Assembly: GCA_964436955.1 (NCBI GenBank)
Contig: CAYTFC010000005.1
Coordinates: 1,799 to 65,798 of the forward strand
DNA from: an uncultured bacterium
Lineage (GTDB): Bacteria; Chlamydiota; Chlamydiia; Chlamydiales; JAJFMA01
Direction: 5' to 3'
Length of the DNA stretch: 64,000 nt
In this document: positions 8,723 through 18,134 of the stretch, piece after piece
Layout: every line of letters begins with the position of its first letter
Position numbering within the stretch: the first letter of the stretch is position 1
Program-made: the position numbers and the translations under genes
The notes under the pieces: model-generated
The model's database searches: none
Seen by the model: only the letters and a program-made list of their open reading frames with translations
What the model was told of the DNA's origin: nothing

Positions 8723-10573
8723 ATGGTGGGACAACGTCCTTTTCATCTACTTTGTTTAGGACCTGTTTGGGCCAATCTATGCTCAGATCAGGTTGGAGCT
8801 GCGCTAGCAACTACCACGTCTTTTTCCGCTACCGTAGGTGGATGCGGAGGGGCTGTTGCGGTAGGTCTATCTCGACTTGGTCTGAAATGTGCAACATTGA
8901 CACGCCTTGGAGACGATCCGATGGGAAGGTTTGTGAAAGCATTCCTTTCAGATGAAGGAGTGAACACGAGCTACCTAATCGTAGACACTGCGTCGCAGAC
9001 ACCTTTGGCACTGCATAGCGTGAGTGCTTTAGAGAATAGTGAAACACAGTTTTATCACACTTCGGTATTGGAAACGACCGCTAGTCTGCTTGCGCTTACT
9101 CTTGAAGATTTACAGAAGTGCCAGGCTGTACTTATTACAGGCCACTTGTTTGCCACTCCGGCGCTAGCAAAAGCCACAAAGCATGTAGTAGATCTTGCCA
9201 AAGAAGCAAAAACAGCGATCATTCTAGATATCGACCGCGAATTAAACTTGTGGCAACCAAAAACTGAAGAACGTTTGCGTATAATCTTCAAGTACTGCGA
9301 TCTTATTATTGGTAATAACGAAGAACTTTGCCTGGCTGGCAATAGCCATCATCTTCATGGAGCATTGGAACGACTGCATAACGAATCTCCCGCGACGATT
9401 GTTCAAAAGCGCGGTGCACAAGGCTGTATTGTTTATGGACGAGAGCTTCAAGACGTCACAACAGCCCCTGGATTGCAGGTCAAAACGTTAAATGGTCTCG
9501 GCAATGGCCATGCATTTACCGCAGGATTTTTGCGCGGATGGTTGACCGAAGAATCCATCATGAAGTGCTGTTCATGGGGAAACGCGTGTGGTGCTATTGT
9601 ATTAAGCCGACGTGGCGGTGTGGTTTCACAGCCCTATTGGGCCGAGCTTCTAGCATACTTAAGACAGCCGATTTCCTCTAGCGTGGTGGACATTAATCAC
9701 CAACACTTTTCTCTCCGCAATGCGAGGGATTCTAAGCGTCCACTTTGTGTTTTGTCGTTCGATCATCGCACCTATTTTCAAAGCATTATTGCGCGCAAGC
9801 ATCGATCTGAGCGTGATATCATCCAGTTCAAAAAACTCCTGTTTCGTGCGACCCAACAGACCATAGCACATGATTTACCAGTAGATCATGGCATTATGAT
9901 CGACGATGAATACTGCCAGCCCCTCCTGCAACAAGTAGATCCGGCCCAATTATGGTGCTCACGATGCATTGATGCGCCCATGAGCTTTCCTGTAGGATTT
10001 TTGCAGGGGAAAGAAGCCTCGCTAATTTTGCGTGCATGGCCACGGCATCATCGCGTGAAGGTACTAACCTTTCAGCCATCGCACGAGGAAAATCAGTCGT
10101 ATATTCCTCAAACAAAGGCCTTGAGGCATTTGTATCAAGCGTGCGTGGAATGGGGACATCAACTCGTTGTAGAAATCATGCCACACAACGATGAAAACGA
10201 TCTGGTTTATCCTATGGAGGCTATGGAAGCCTATTATCGTGCAGGAATATTTCCATCATGGTGGCAACTGCCATTGCCGCTTCCTGCGGATGTATGGGCT
10301 CGGATTGATGCACTAATACGTCGCTTCGACCCTTATTGTCGTGGTGTATTGGTGATCGGGAATAATGAGCCCCTCAGCACAGTAGAAGAACGGCTTAAGC
10401 AATGGCACCAGATAGCTCCTATTGCTGGCTTTGCTGTCGGACGCTCCATCTGGGGCGAAGTCGCCGAGCAATGGTTTTCTCGCGAAATCGAAGATGACCA
10501 GGTTGTTTCAGAAGTTGCCAATCGCTACTCCGCTCTCATCGAGAGCTTCGTTAATGTGCCCATAAAAGCATGA
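8723..10573 (+). CDS. Long-form IolC-like protein: N-terminal PfkB-type carbohydrate-kinase fold fused to a C-terminal DUF2090 / aldolase-like domain
   Basis: 616 aa. The N-terminal half has the PfkB layout (GGCGGAVAVGLSRLG...GDDPMGRF...IVQKRGAQGC). The C-terminal half (CVLSFDHR...VLVIGNN...GFAVGRSIWG) resembles the extension of bifunctional 5-dehydro-2-deoxygluconokinase/aldolase proteins. The canonical DTxGAGD motif reads NGLGNGH. Confidence 0.55.
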   Translation: MVGQRPFHLLCLGPVWANLCSDQVGAALATTTSFSATVGGCGGAVAVGLSRLGLKCATLTRLGDDPMGRFVKAFLSDEGVNTSYLIVDTASQTPLALHSVSALENSETQFYHTSVLETTASLLALTLEDLQKCQAVLITGHLFATPALAKATKHVVDLAKEAKTAIILDIDRELNLWQPKTEERLRIIFKYCDLIIGNNEELCLAGNSHHLHGALERLHNESPATIVQKRGAQGCIVYGRELQDVTTAPGLQVKTLNGLGNGHAFTAGFLRGWLTEESIMKCCSWGNACGAIVLSRRGGVVSQPYWAELLAYLRQPISSSVVDINHQHFSLRNARDSKRPLCVLSFDHRTYFQSIIARKHRSERDIIQFKKLLFRATQQTIAHDLPVDHGIMIDDEYCQPLLQQVDPAQLWCSRCIDAPMSFPVGFLQGKEASLILRAWPRHHRVKVLTFQPSHEENQSYIPQTKALRHLYQACVEWGHQLVVEIMPHNDENDLVYPMEAMEAYYRAGIFPSWWQLPLPLPADVWARIDALIRRFDPYCRGVLVIGNNEPLSTVEERLKQWHQIAPIAGFAVGRSIWGEVAEQWFSREIEDDQVVSEVANRYSALIESFVNVPIKA

Positions 10574-10627
10574 GTCAAAGGACGAAAAAGACGGAAGAGA
10601 CGCCCTAATAGTTTTCCTTATCCCAAT

Positions 10628-10672
10628 GTCGCTTCGGCGAAGCGGCGCTACAATGTGTAACCATGTAGGCGC
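10628..10672. repeat. Family A REP-like element, truncated copy A1
   Basis: gtcGCTTCGGCGAAGCGGCGCTACAATGTGTAACcatgtag lies between the convergent 3' ends of the iolC-like gene and batD. Confidence 0.85.
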
Positions 10673-10679
10673 TCCTATT

Positions 10680-12146
10680 TTATGTGGGATTAAGGTCAGG
10701 TAGTTTATCCCTTTTCTGGCTTTGAACCGCGGGCACATGTGGTTTTATCGGCTTTTGAACGGGGTCTTTAGTGAAGCTAGTGATTTTTCTTTTCAATGCG
10801 ATTCCCCAAAGCAGCGCAACTAACAACAAAAATGTCAGAGTCCCAATGACAGCATAAAGTAAGAATGGAGCGCGTACAGAAGAAGTGGTCTCTTCTGAAG
10901 TCGCTATTGCTAGGGGAATAAAGGCGACTTCTTGAGCAGCTGTTGCTGTTTCTAGCGCTGGAAGAATTTGAACCGTACGCGCAGCAATACTCGAAGTTCT
11001 TTTTTCCTTTTTTACGCTATCCCACCAGTTGATGGAAATTTCAGGCAACTCCCATGTGCCGGGCTGTTGAGGTATAAGAGTATATTGCTCTTTGCGCGAA
11101 CTATGAATGGTCTCTTGGATGACTTTTTCTTGCTCTTCAGGCTTGTCAGCATAGACTCTAAACGTGGAAATTTGATTCTGTAAATCCTCTAATCGGGGAA
11201 GTTGACTTGCTTTAAGACCTTCAGCCTTAACTAAAAAACCGCGCGAAAAAGGCTCTCCAACACGCAATGTTTGCTCGTTTGGCCACAGCTCCTCTATGCT
11301 AAGTGATTTTGCTGGTAGCCATGGAGATACTTCCGAAATGGCAGGTTGCACATCAAGTTGAATTTCTTCGGTCATCAAGGTGAAAGGCTGCAAAGTAGCA
11401 AAGGGGTCATAAATATCATTAAAGAAAGAGCTGAATTGTCCTTTTCCTTTTTTCGGTATAGCTCCTTGTATGGCTATAGGAGGAATCGTTAGAGAGCCTG
11501 TTTTTAAGGGCGTGATGAGGTAACTAAATTCCACAAAATTGTACAAAACATCTCCAATTGTGCGCTGTTCTAGTTTTGGTTCCTCTAGAAGTTCCACAAT
11601 GGCATCTTCAACCTGAATTTTCTGTGTTTGCACATCATAGAGTGGCATTTTTGCGATAAGAAAAGTGCTATAAATGAGGGGTTCATTTTTGTAGGGTAAG
11701 GCGTTGCTCACCTTGGTGATGGTCTTTGGTCCGGTATTATCCACGCTAGATTGCGGAGCGCCTTTAGTTACATTTAGCGTGATTGGTTGCGTGGAAAGAA
11801 TACCCTCCGCTGTAGCAACAGTAATGGACGGGATTTGTACGACGCCTTCTGTCTTAGAAATTAGAGAAAGCTTCCACGTCACGCTTGAAGATACCTTACC
11901 GTTGACGATTGTTGTACTGTTTGAGTGATGTTGTGAGTGGATCAAAAAGTGTTTTTTTAATGCAGAAACCTCTGGAGCTCCTTTGGCAGAGGTGCCCTTA
12001 AGGGCAAGATTTAACGAAAAGCTTTCGTTCAACTGCACTTGTGTACTACTAACGCTAGCCGTAAATTCACCAGCAACGACACAAGCAGCAAAAGTTAAGC
12101 TCAAGAAAAATGCCGATAGAGCGATAAAAAAAGCCTTTCTCACCAT
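10680..12146 (-). CDS. BatD-like oxygen-tolerance family protein
   Basis: 488 aa with an N-terminal signal peptide (FFIALSAFFLSLTFAAC) and a C-terminal TM segment (FLLYAVIGTLTFLLLVALLWGIAL). It is the last gene of the MoxR/VWA operon and overlaps batB by 7 nt. Confidence 0.6.
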   Translation of the reverse strand: MVRKAFFIALSAFFLSLTFAACVVAGEFTASVSSTQVQLNESFSLNLALKGTSAKGAPEVSALKKHFLIHSQHHSNSTTIVNGKVSSSVTWKLSLISKTEGVVQIPSITVATAEGILSTQPITLNVTKGAPQSSVDNTGPKTITKVSNALPYKNEPLIYSTFLIAKMPLYDVQTQKIQVEDAIVELLEEPKLEQRTIGDVLYNFVEFSYLITPLKTGSLTIPPIAIQGAIPKKGKGQFSSFFNDIYDPFATLQPFTLMTEEIQLDVQPAISEVSPWLPAKSLSIEELWPNEQTLRVGEPFSRGFLVKAEGLKASQLPRLEDLQNQISTFRVYADKPEEQEKVIQETIHSSRKEQYTLIPQQPGTWELPEISINWWDSVKKEKRTSSIAARTVQILPALETATAAQEVAFIPLAIATSEETTSSVRAPFLLYAVIGTLTFLLLVALLWGIALKRKITSFTKDPVQKPIKPHVPAVQSQKRDKLPDLNPT

Positions 12147-13837
12147 GGATCAACTACCTCTTTAGTGCCATTGTTCTTGGATTCGAGATAAAATTTATTC
12201 TTCAAAAAGGACTTTGGATCATTTTTAATCTGATTGAGCCAAAGGTCGGCATCCAAATCTTCCTGAGAACGAGGTGTCGGCTTTTCCCTCTCTTGCTGAG
12301 GAGGCAATGATTGCTCCTGCTCTTCAGCGTCTGGGGCCTCCTCTTCCTCCGGAGATTTTTGAGAAGGTTCATCCGAATCAGAGTTTTCTTTCTCCTGAGA
12401 GTTGTCCGGCTCGTTTTCTTCAGAGGGGGAGTCTTTTTGGGACTCATCCTCTTTATCCTTCTCTTGTTGTTCAAGCATTTTTCTGACCAGTTCCAGATTT
12501 TCTCGGGCTTGCGTAAAATCGGGCCATTTTTCAAGCACATCTTCGTAAGCAGCGATCGCTTGGTGCAGTTTATTTTGCTGGACGAGGGCATTGCCCAAAT
12601 TATAGGCGGCGCAGGAAGCTATCTCTGGACGTGCTGATTGTCGAAACATCTCTTCGGCTGCTGCATAATCACCCCGGCGATAGTAAGCAACTCCCTTTCT
12701 ATAGGGATCCTGAAAGGCTTGCGCAGCTGTCGTGTAGTCTCCATTTTCATAAGCCTGGCCAGCCTGCTGTTCGGCATTACAAAAATAACTGTCAACAGAG
12801 GCTTGAGAGTAGATTGGCATAAGGAGCAGGACAACAAAGATGTAACCTCTACGATACCAAATAAGAAAGAAAGGAAGTATGGGGAGAAGAAGCAGATAGA
12901 AATGCTCTTCCCAAACACGCTGGGTCTTATGCACCTCTTGTTGTACATCGCTGCGCTTTTCTAGATCTTCAAAAATAACAGCTATTTGCTCGTAATGGTC
13001 AGCATCAAAATAACGCCCATGCCCAATGTTGCTGATCTCACGAAACCTTTCTTTTTCTAATTTAGATATAATCGGAGAGCCATTTTTCTTGATTACAACC
13101 CCTTCACGGTCCTTCAGAGGGGCGCCTTCTAAGGTGCCTACTCCTATGGCATGAAGAACAATGCCTTTCTCTGCCAGGATTTTGGCATTGCGGATGGCGC
13201 TAGCGTCTTCAAAACCACCATCGCTAATCACCACAATCGCTTTGTTATTGCCGGGTTCGTTTTGCAACATTGTGGCTGCCATATCAAGGGCTGGTGCTAA
13301 CTTACTTCCCTGCACATAGACAATATCTGTATCTAATGAAGGAAGAAGATGGCGAATCGTATCTTTGTCCTCTGTCATGGGAACGATCATATGAGGATCA
13401 GCGGCAAAGGCTATTAGGCCAATTTTAACTCCTTGGGACATATTGAGAAGGTCCTCAATCTTTTGCTTGGCGCGTCCCAAACGTGAAGGAGAGATATCGT
13501 TCGCATTCATCGACTCCGAAAGGTCGAGCAGGATTACGAGGTTCTGATCGCGCGTAAAAGTGGCAATTTCGCGAAAATCCCAGCGAGGGCCAGCCAAAGC
13601 AAGGACTATAGAGGTCCAGACCGCGGACCAAAAGAGGAGGTGAGTCCACAGTTTTTTTTCCTTGTGTCCGGCTTCTAAAAGAAGATAGGGAATAAGATGT
13701 TTATCGATAAACATCTCAAGCTGATGAAAGGGTTGTTGTCCTCTATAGTAAAGAAAAAAAAGACCCCATGTTAAAGGGATAACCAGCAGCGTCCAAAGCC
13801 AAAGTGGGTGAGCAAAATGCAATTGACTAACATCCAT
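12140..13837 (-). CDS. BatB-like VWA plus TPR membrane protein with an acidic C-terminal tail
   Basis: N-terminal TM segments, a VWA MIDAS motif (DLSESM), a second TM block, TPR-like repeats (GDYTTAAQAFQ..., GDYAAAEEMFRQ..., YNLGNALVQQNKLHQAIAAYEDVL), and an E/D/S/K-rich tail. The ATG at 13837 (MDVSQLHFAHPLWLW) is preferred over the track start at 13891. Confidence 0.75.
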   Translation of the reverse strand: MDVSQLHFAHPLWLWTLLVIPLTWGLFFLYYRGQQPFHQLEMFIDKHLIPYLLLEAGHKEKKLWTHLLFWSAVWTSIVLALAGPRWDFREIATFTRDQNLVILLDLSESMNANDISPSRLGRAKQKIEDLLNMSQGVKIGLIAFAADPHMIVPMTEDKDTIRHLLPSLDTDIVYVQGSKLAPALDMAATMLQNEPGNNKAIVVISDGGFEDASAIRNAKILAEKGIVLHAIGVGTLEGAPLKDREGVVIKKNGSPIISKLEKERFREISNIGHGRYFDADHYEQIAVIFEDLEKRSDVQQEVHKTQRVWEEHFYLLLLPILPFFLIWYRRGYIFVVLLLMPIYSQASVDSYFCNAEQQAGQAYENGDYTTAAQAFQDPYRKGVAYYRRGDYAAAEEMFRQSARPEIASCAAYNLGNALVQQNKLHQAIAAYEDVLEKWPDFTQARENLELVRKMLEQQEKDKEDESQKDSPSEENEPDNSQEKENSDSDEPSQKSPEEEEAPDAEEQEQSLPPQQEREKPTPRSQEDLDADLWLNQIKNDPKSFLKNKFYLESKNNGTKEVVDPW

Positions 13838-14846
13838 GATACGCTCTCCTAGGTAACAACAACTGAGATAGTGTGAGAGCCAGGAAGACAAGCAAAGAAA
13901 GACTTAAGGGATAGTAATAAAGCGGCTCGCGAACCAGAAACAAATTTTCATTGGCTTCGCTTTTTTCAAGTTCATTAATTTTAGCATAAATGGACGAGAG
14001 CATCTTCTGGTTGGTGGCTGAAAAATATTGCCCTCCCGTGTCCTTAGCGATCTCTTTCAACAATTCCTCATCCATAGAGGCCTCTCCCATGGCGATACCG
14101 CCCCACTGATTAGGAAACGGCACTAACCCCTTTTTACCTATGCCGATGGTATAGATACGTACGCCATACTGCTTAGCCAGCTTAGTAGCTTCCAAAGGAG
14201 GAATACTGCTTGAATTGTCCTCACCATCAGTTAATAAGATGAGCACGCGCGAACCTGCGGGCCGCTCACGTAATGTACGCACTCCCAACCCAATAGCGTC
14301 TCCAATCGCTGTCGCATTCCCTGCCATACCCGGAACCGCGTCATTGAGCATGCGGCTAACCGAAGCTGTATCCAAGGTAAGAGGCACATGTAAATAGGCA
14401 CTTTGTCCAAAAAGAATGAGCCCTAGACGATCTCCGTGCCGTCCTTTGATAAAATTGCCGACCACTTCTTTAGTAACATCTAAACGACCGATTGCTTTAT
14501 TTGGTGTTGAAAAATCTAGCGCTTGCATAGAGGCTGAGATGTCAACGGCTAGCATGAGATCGTAACCCTTATTTTTTACCTGTCGAAGTTGATCTACATT
14601 TTCTGGTTGCATCAGAGCCAGGATGAGTAACACCCAAGATAGTAAAAGAAGACCGAGGCACATAGAATCGCTGCGTGCCTTGCTAGACTGGCTAGCGGGA
14701 AAGATATTTTTTAAGCGATGTACCGCGGGAAAACGGATCTCAGCGGTTTCATTGTGTTTTTCTTTCGATACGAAAGGCAGCAACCAACGAACAAGTAAGG
14801 GCAAGGGTAGAAGAAGAGCAAACCAGGGATAATGAAAGTGGAACAT
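13827..14846 (-). CDS. BatA-like VWA-domain membrane protein
   Basis: N-terminal TM (MFHFHYPWFALLLPLPLL), a second TM, a VWA MIDAS motif (DISASM), LLTDGEDN, and a C-terminal TM segment. Confidence 0.8.
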   Translation of the reverse strand: MFHFHYPWFALLLPLPLLVRWLLPFVSKEKHNETAEIRFPAVHRLKNIFPASQSSKARSDSMCLGLLLLSWVLLILALMQPENVDQLRQVKNKGYDLMLAVDISASMQALDFSTPNKAIGRLDVTKEVVGNFIKGRHGDRLGLILFGQSAYLHVPLTLDTASVSRMLNDAVPGMAGNATAIGDAIGLGVRTLRERPAGSRVLILLTDGEDNSSSIPPLEATKLAKQYGVRIYTIGIGKKGLVPFPNQWGGIAMGEASMDEELLKEIAKDTGGQYFSATNQKMLSSIYAKINELEKSEANENLFLVREPLYYYPLSLSLLVFLALTLSQLLLPRRAYHGC

Positions 14847-14847
14847 G

Positions 14848-15318
14848 TTAGCACACCCAATATCTAACGGCTTGTATTAACTCTTTAATCTGTTGGAGAG
14901 GCAGCTCTGTGTGCGCAGGCGCGTAGGGAATCTCAACAAGCAGCTTTCCTTTTTCAGTCCAATCGAATTGCTTGGGATCGTTAGCTTTTAGCCACTGTAG
15001 CCATGCATCGCCCACTAGCCCGGCGCATTCCCTGCGAGGGAACCGGTGCAAAGCAATACGGCGCAAGTATTCTGATAAAAACGTGACTGTTTCTCCAGAC
15101 GTATCAAGAGATAGACTGTGTTCTAGATGATCTAGCCTCTGCAAAGTCTCGCGTTTCCAGCTTCTTAAATAGCCTAAGCGGCGTCTAAGCAGCCAAATGG
15201 CGAATGCAAGGACAAAGATTCCAAAGGCAATACAGACCCACCAGCCGATGGCTAGGGGCCACGAACTAATCACATCAAGCTCTTCAATGTCGTGTAGCTG
15301 TTCCATTAATGCAGACAT
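14848..15318 (-). CDS. DUF4381-like small membrane protein of Bat/MoxR operons
   Basis: 156 aa with a single TM (WPLAIGWWVCIAFGIFVLAFAIWLL) followed by an RRR motif. It sits between the DUF58 and VWA genes with tight spacing. Confidence 0.5.
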   Translation of the reverse strand: MSALMEQLHDIEELDVISSWPLAIGWWVCIAFGIFVLAFAIWLLRRRLGYLRSWKRETLQRLDHLEHSLSLDTSGETVTFLSEYLRRIALHRFPRRECAGLVGDAWLQWLKANDPKQFDWTEKGKLLVEIPYAPAHTELPLQQIKELIQAVRYWVC

Positions 15319-16241
15319 TTCTTCCTTTTTGCTATGCTCTTAAGACCTAAAAGAAGATCGCGATGCACATCTGATTCAGTAGAAAGAGCTATCAACGGAA
15401 TTTTAAAACGATCGGTGAGGGCATTCAACGTTGCGCGATTCGCCTCCCATTGAGCAGCGTAAGATTCACGCCCTTTAATGTTGTCTGTGTTGACATATAC
15501 CTTCTCTGAGCCCTGTCCACAAAAGCCGATGAGGCCAGCGGGTATGAAAGATTGATCGGCGGCATCATTGATAGAAATAAAGACAACATCACAGCTTTTA
15601 TTGAGACGGCTTAGACCCGCTTCTTTCGAAAAAGTGGGGGAGATATCCATAAAGTCGCTAATCACATAGATCAAAGTGCCTGGATGGGAAACTCTACAAA
15701 TATGCTGCAAGGCCGTTTCTAAAGTAGTACGATGCTGTTCTGCGGGAGGTTCGGAAAGCATTTTAAGCATCATACAGAGAGCTTGGCGCGAACGCTTAGA
15801 TGCAAAATAATGCAGTCCTTCCGGCACATCGCCAAAAAAACACGCGCCAATACGATCTTGATGGGCGAGAGCTCGCCAGCCTAACAGAGAAGCACAGCGA
15901 GCGGCTTGGATCGATTTAAAAGTGTTTCTTGTGCCAAAGCGCATGGCAGAGTTCATATCTACGCAGATAAGGGTATGCCGCTCCTTTTCTTCCTTAAACA
16001 TTTTTAAGTGCGGAGATCCTGTGCGTGCCGTCACCCTCCAATCGATATTGCGGATATCGTCTCCAGGCACATATTCGCGCACGCCATCAAAGTCCAGACC
16101 CTGCCCACGAAAAGGCGAATGGTGATTACCCGGTGCGGTCGAACTAACTTTTCGGCGCGCAAGTTGTATCTTGTCGCGCGTGCGTCCTTTGTAGGAAATT
16201 AGGTCGTTAAAATCGGGATAAAGCATGCACACACCTCTCAT
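15306..16241 (-). CDS. DUF58-family protein (MoxR-associated, VWA-like)
   Basis: FRGQGLDFDGVREYVPGDDIRNIDWRVTARTG matches the DUF58 signature. It lies immediately downstream of moxR with a 0-nt gap. Confidence 0.8.
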   Translation of the reverse strand: MRGVCMLYPDFNDLISYKGRTRDKIQLARRKVSSTAPGNHHSPFRGQGLDFDGVREYVPGDDIRNIDWRVTARTGSPHLKMFKEEKERHTLICVDMNSAMRFGTRNTFKSIQAARCASLLGWRALAHQDRIGACFFGDVPEGLHYFASKRSRQALCMMLKMLSEPPAEQHRTTLETALQHICRVSHPGTLIYVISDFMDISPTFSKEAGLSRLNKSCDVVFISINDAADQSFIPAGLIGFCGQGSEKVYVNTDNIKGRESYAAQWEANRATLNALTDRFKIPLIALSTESDVHRDLLLGLKSIAKRKKCLH

Positions 16242-17240
16242 TTAGGGAATGGCTACGACATCCAAAAGCTTACGGATGATCTCATTGCGCGAAATCCCAT
16301 CAGCTTCTGATTCGAAGGAGGGGTGAATGCGATGTCTTAAAACCGGAAAAGCGACCTCATGAATATGCGTTGGAGTGACATACTCATCTCCTCTTAGCCA
16401 AGCAAGAGCCTTGGCACAGCGAATGAGTGCAATAGTCGCTCGTGGAGAAACCCCATGCACAATCCATTTAGCAAGATCACGATCATATTTTTCGGGCGTG
16501 CGCGTTGCTGAGGCAAGTGAGACGACATATTGCTTTAATTTGTCTGAGATGTAATGGCGTGATACAGCTTGACGCGCATTGAGAACCTCTTCTGCGGATG
16601 TGAGCGGCAAAAATGCTTCTCTGGAATGCTGTTGACGTTTCTCGTCAAGCTCAACAATCAGCAGCTCTTCGTGGTGGTTAGGGTAACCCACCTCTAGATG
16701 CATCATGAAGCGATCGAGCTGCGCCTCAGGCAAGTTATAGGTCCCCTCTTGCTCGATGGGATTCTGCGTAGCGATGACCATATATAGCTCAGGAAGGGAA
16801 TAGCTTTTGTGTCCTACTGTCACTTGTTTTTCTTCCATCGCCTCGAGCAGCGCGGACTGTACTTTAGCAGGTGCACGGTTGATCTCATCGGCGAGTAGAA
16901 TATTGTTAAAAATGGGCCCCTTGCGAAAGACGAAGTCGCTCTTCTCATGGATATAAATTTCAGTTCCAATGAGATCAGAAGGCAGTAGATCTGGGGTAAA
17001 TTGAATGCGGTGGAAGGCACCTTCGATCCCATCGGCAATTGCTTTGGCTGAGCGCGTTTTGGCCAAACCTGGCATGCCTTCAAGAAGAGCATGTCCATCT
17101 GTGAGCAGACAAACCAGCATCTGTTCAATAATTTGATGTTGGCCAATGATTTTACTTTGAATGGATTTTAGAAGATTCGACAAGGGATGAAGTGTCGTAT
17201 TTTGTACCTTTTCGTTTTCTTGTGCTTGAACAAAGCTCAT
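16242..17240 (-). CDS. MoxR-family AAA+ ATPase
   Basis: Walker A LEGMPGLAKT, Walker B ILLADEINRA, and the sensor region ATQNPIEQEGTYNLPEAQLDRF. Confidence 0.92.
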   Translation of the reverse strand: MSFVQAQENEKVQNTTLHPLSNLLKSIQSKIIGQHQIIEQMLVCLLTDGHALLEGMPGLAKTRSAKAIADGIEGAFHRIQFTPDLLPSDLIGTEIYIHEKSDFVFRKGPIFNNILLADEINRAPAKVQSALLEAMEEKQVTVGHKSYSLPELYMVIATQNPIEQEGTYNLPEAQLDRFMMHLEVGYPNHHEELLIVELDEKRQQHSREAFLPLTSAEEVLNARQAVSRHYISDKLKQYVVSLASATRTPEKYDRDLAKWIVHGVSPRATIALIRCAKALAWLRGDEYVTPTHIHEVAFPVLRHRIHPSFESEADGISRNEIIRKLLDVVAIP

Positions 17241-17367
17241 AGGTCACCTCTCAAGTATAAAAAACGTGCTTTAACTGCCATGAAAGCGACATAATAGCAT
17301 GTTCATGCAAATTTTGATAACCCTAAATCTTCAGAATTTACACAGGAAGAGGATATCATACAGTTTG

Positions 17368-18075
17368 CTATCTACAGCAATCCCACTCCCAACGCCAGGT
17401 GCAGTTAGAACTGCAATTTCTATCCATGGGTGGAATCTTACCCTTATCAGCAGCTTCTTTGTTTTTCTTATCGAGCAGATATTGGCGAGTAAACTCTCCG
17501 GCCAACGCAGAGACATGGTCCCGCACAGCACAGATTAGGCCACCAGTGGCTGCGATAAACATGCACTGTTTTTCCCAAGTGATCACTTGCCAAAACTCAT
17601 GTCCCTGGGGTTTTCCGCGCTTAAACGTCTCATCTTTCTCAAACAAGCGAAGATTGATTTGCACAGCATACCCTTCACAGCAAGGCAGTACAAAGACCTG
17701 CAAACTCAATAAGGTGCGGTAGGGATCATCAGGCTTTGCAAGGGGTGGGCGGATATCAATCCCAACAAACTTCAACTCTTTCTCCAACTCACACTGAGCC
17801 TCCTCCACAGGAAGCCACACATATGAGTTAGGATCCACACACACTTCAGTGTAAATGCGAAGCTGTTGAGGGATTTCAGCTAAGTTGTCATGACCATCCC
17901 ACCACGTATTGTGCAACGAAATAATGCCGGGAGCGGTATATGGCAATGGTTCATGAATGGGTCGAATCGTGTTAGCTGGACGTATGGGAACATAACCACG
18001 ATAAGCACCAAGGTCGTTAAGGACAACCAAGACTAACGCGGCACACAATCCAGTGCAAAGTCCTCTAAAATCCAT
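17368..18075 (-). CDS. Hypothetical membrane-anchored or secreted protein with a Cys/Trp-rich C-terminus
   Basis: 235 aa. The N-terminal hydrophobic segment is GLCTGLCAALVLVVL and the C-terminus is NCSSNCTWRWEWDCCR. AAAGAGGAAG RBS. No recognisable domain. Confidence 0.55.
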   Translation of the reverse strand: MDFRGLCTGLCAALVLVVLNDLGAYRGYVPIRPANTIRPIHEPLPYTAPGIISLHNTWWDGHDNLAEIPQQLRIYTEVCVDPNSYVWLPVEEAQCELEKELKFVGIDIRPPLAKPDDPYRTLLSLQVFVLPCCEGYAVQINLRLFEKDETFKRGKPQGHEFWQVITWEKQCMFIAATGGLICAVRDHVSALAGEFTRQYLLDKKNKEAADKGKIPPMDRNCSSNCTWRWEWDCCR

Positions 18076-18134
18076 AGCTTCCTCTTTAATGGTCTTGAGG
18101 AAGCAAAATAGTCAGATCTGATCATTAAACTCAA

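Noticed and set aside
12202-12964. Several 60-130 aa ORFs on both strands within the batB 3' region
   Set aside because: They are shadow ORFs produced by the low-complexity acidic-tail coding sequence. They lie wholly inside a well-supported VWA/TPR gene.
16820-17146. 108-aa ORF in another frame within moxR
   Set aside because: It is embedded in a gene with clear Walker A and B motifs and is a shadow ORF.
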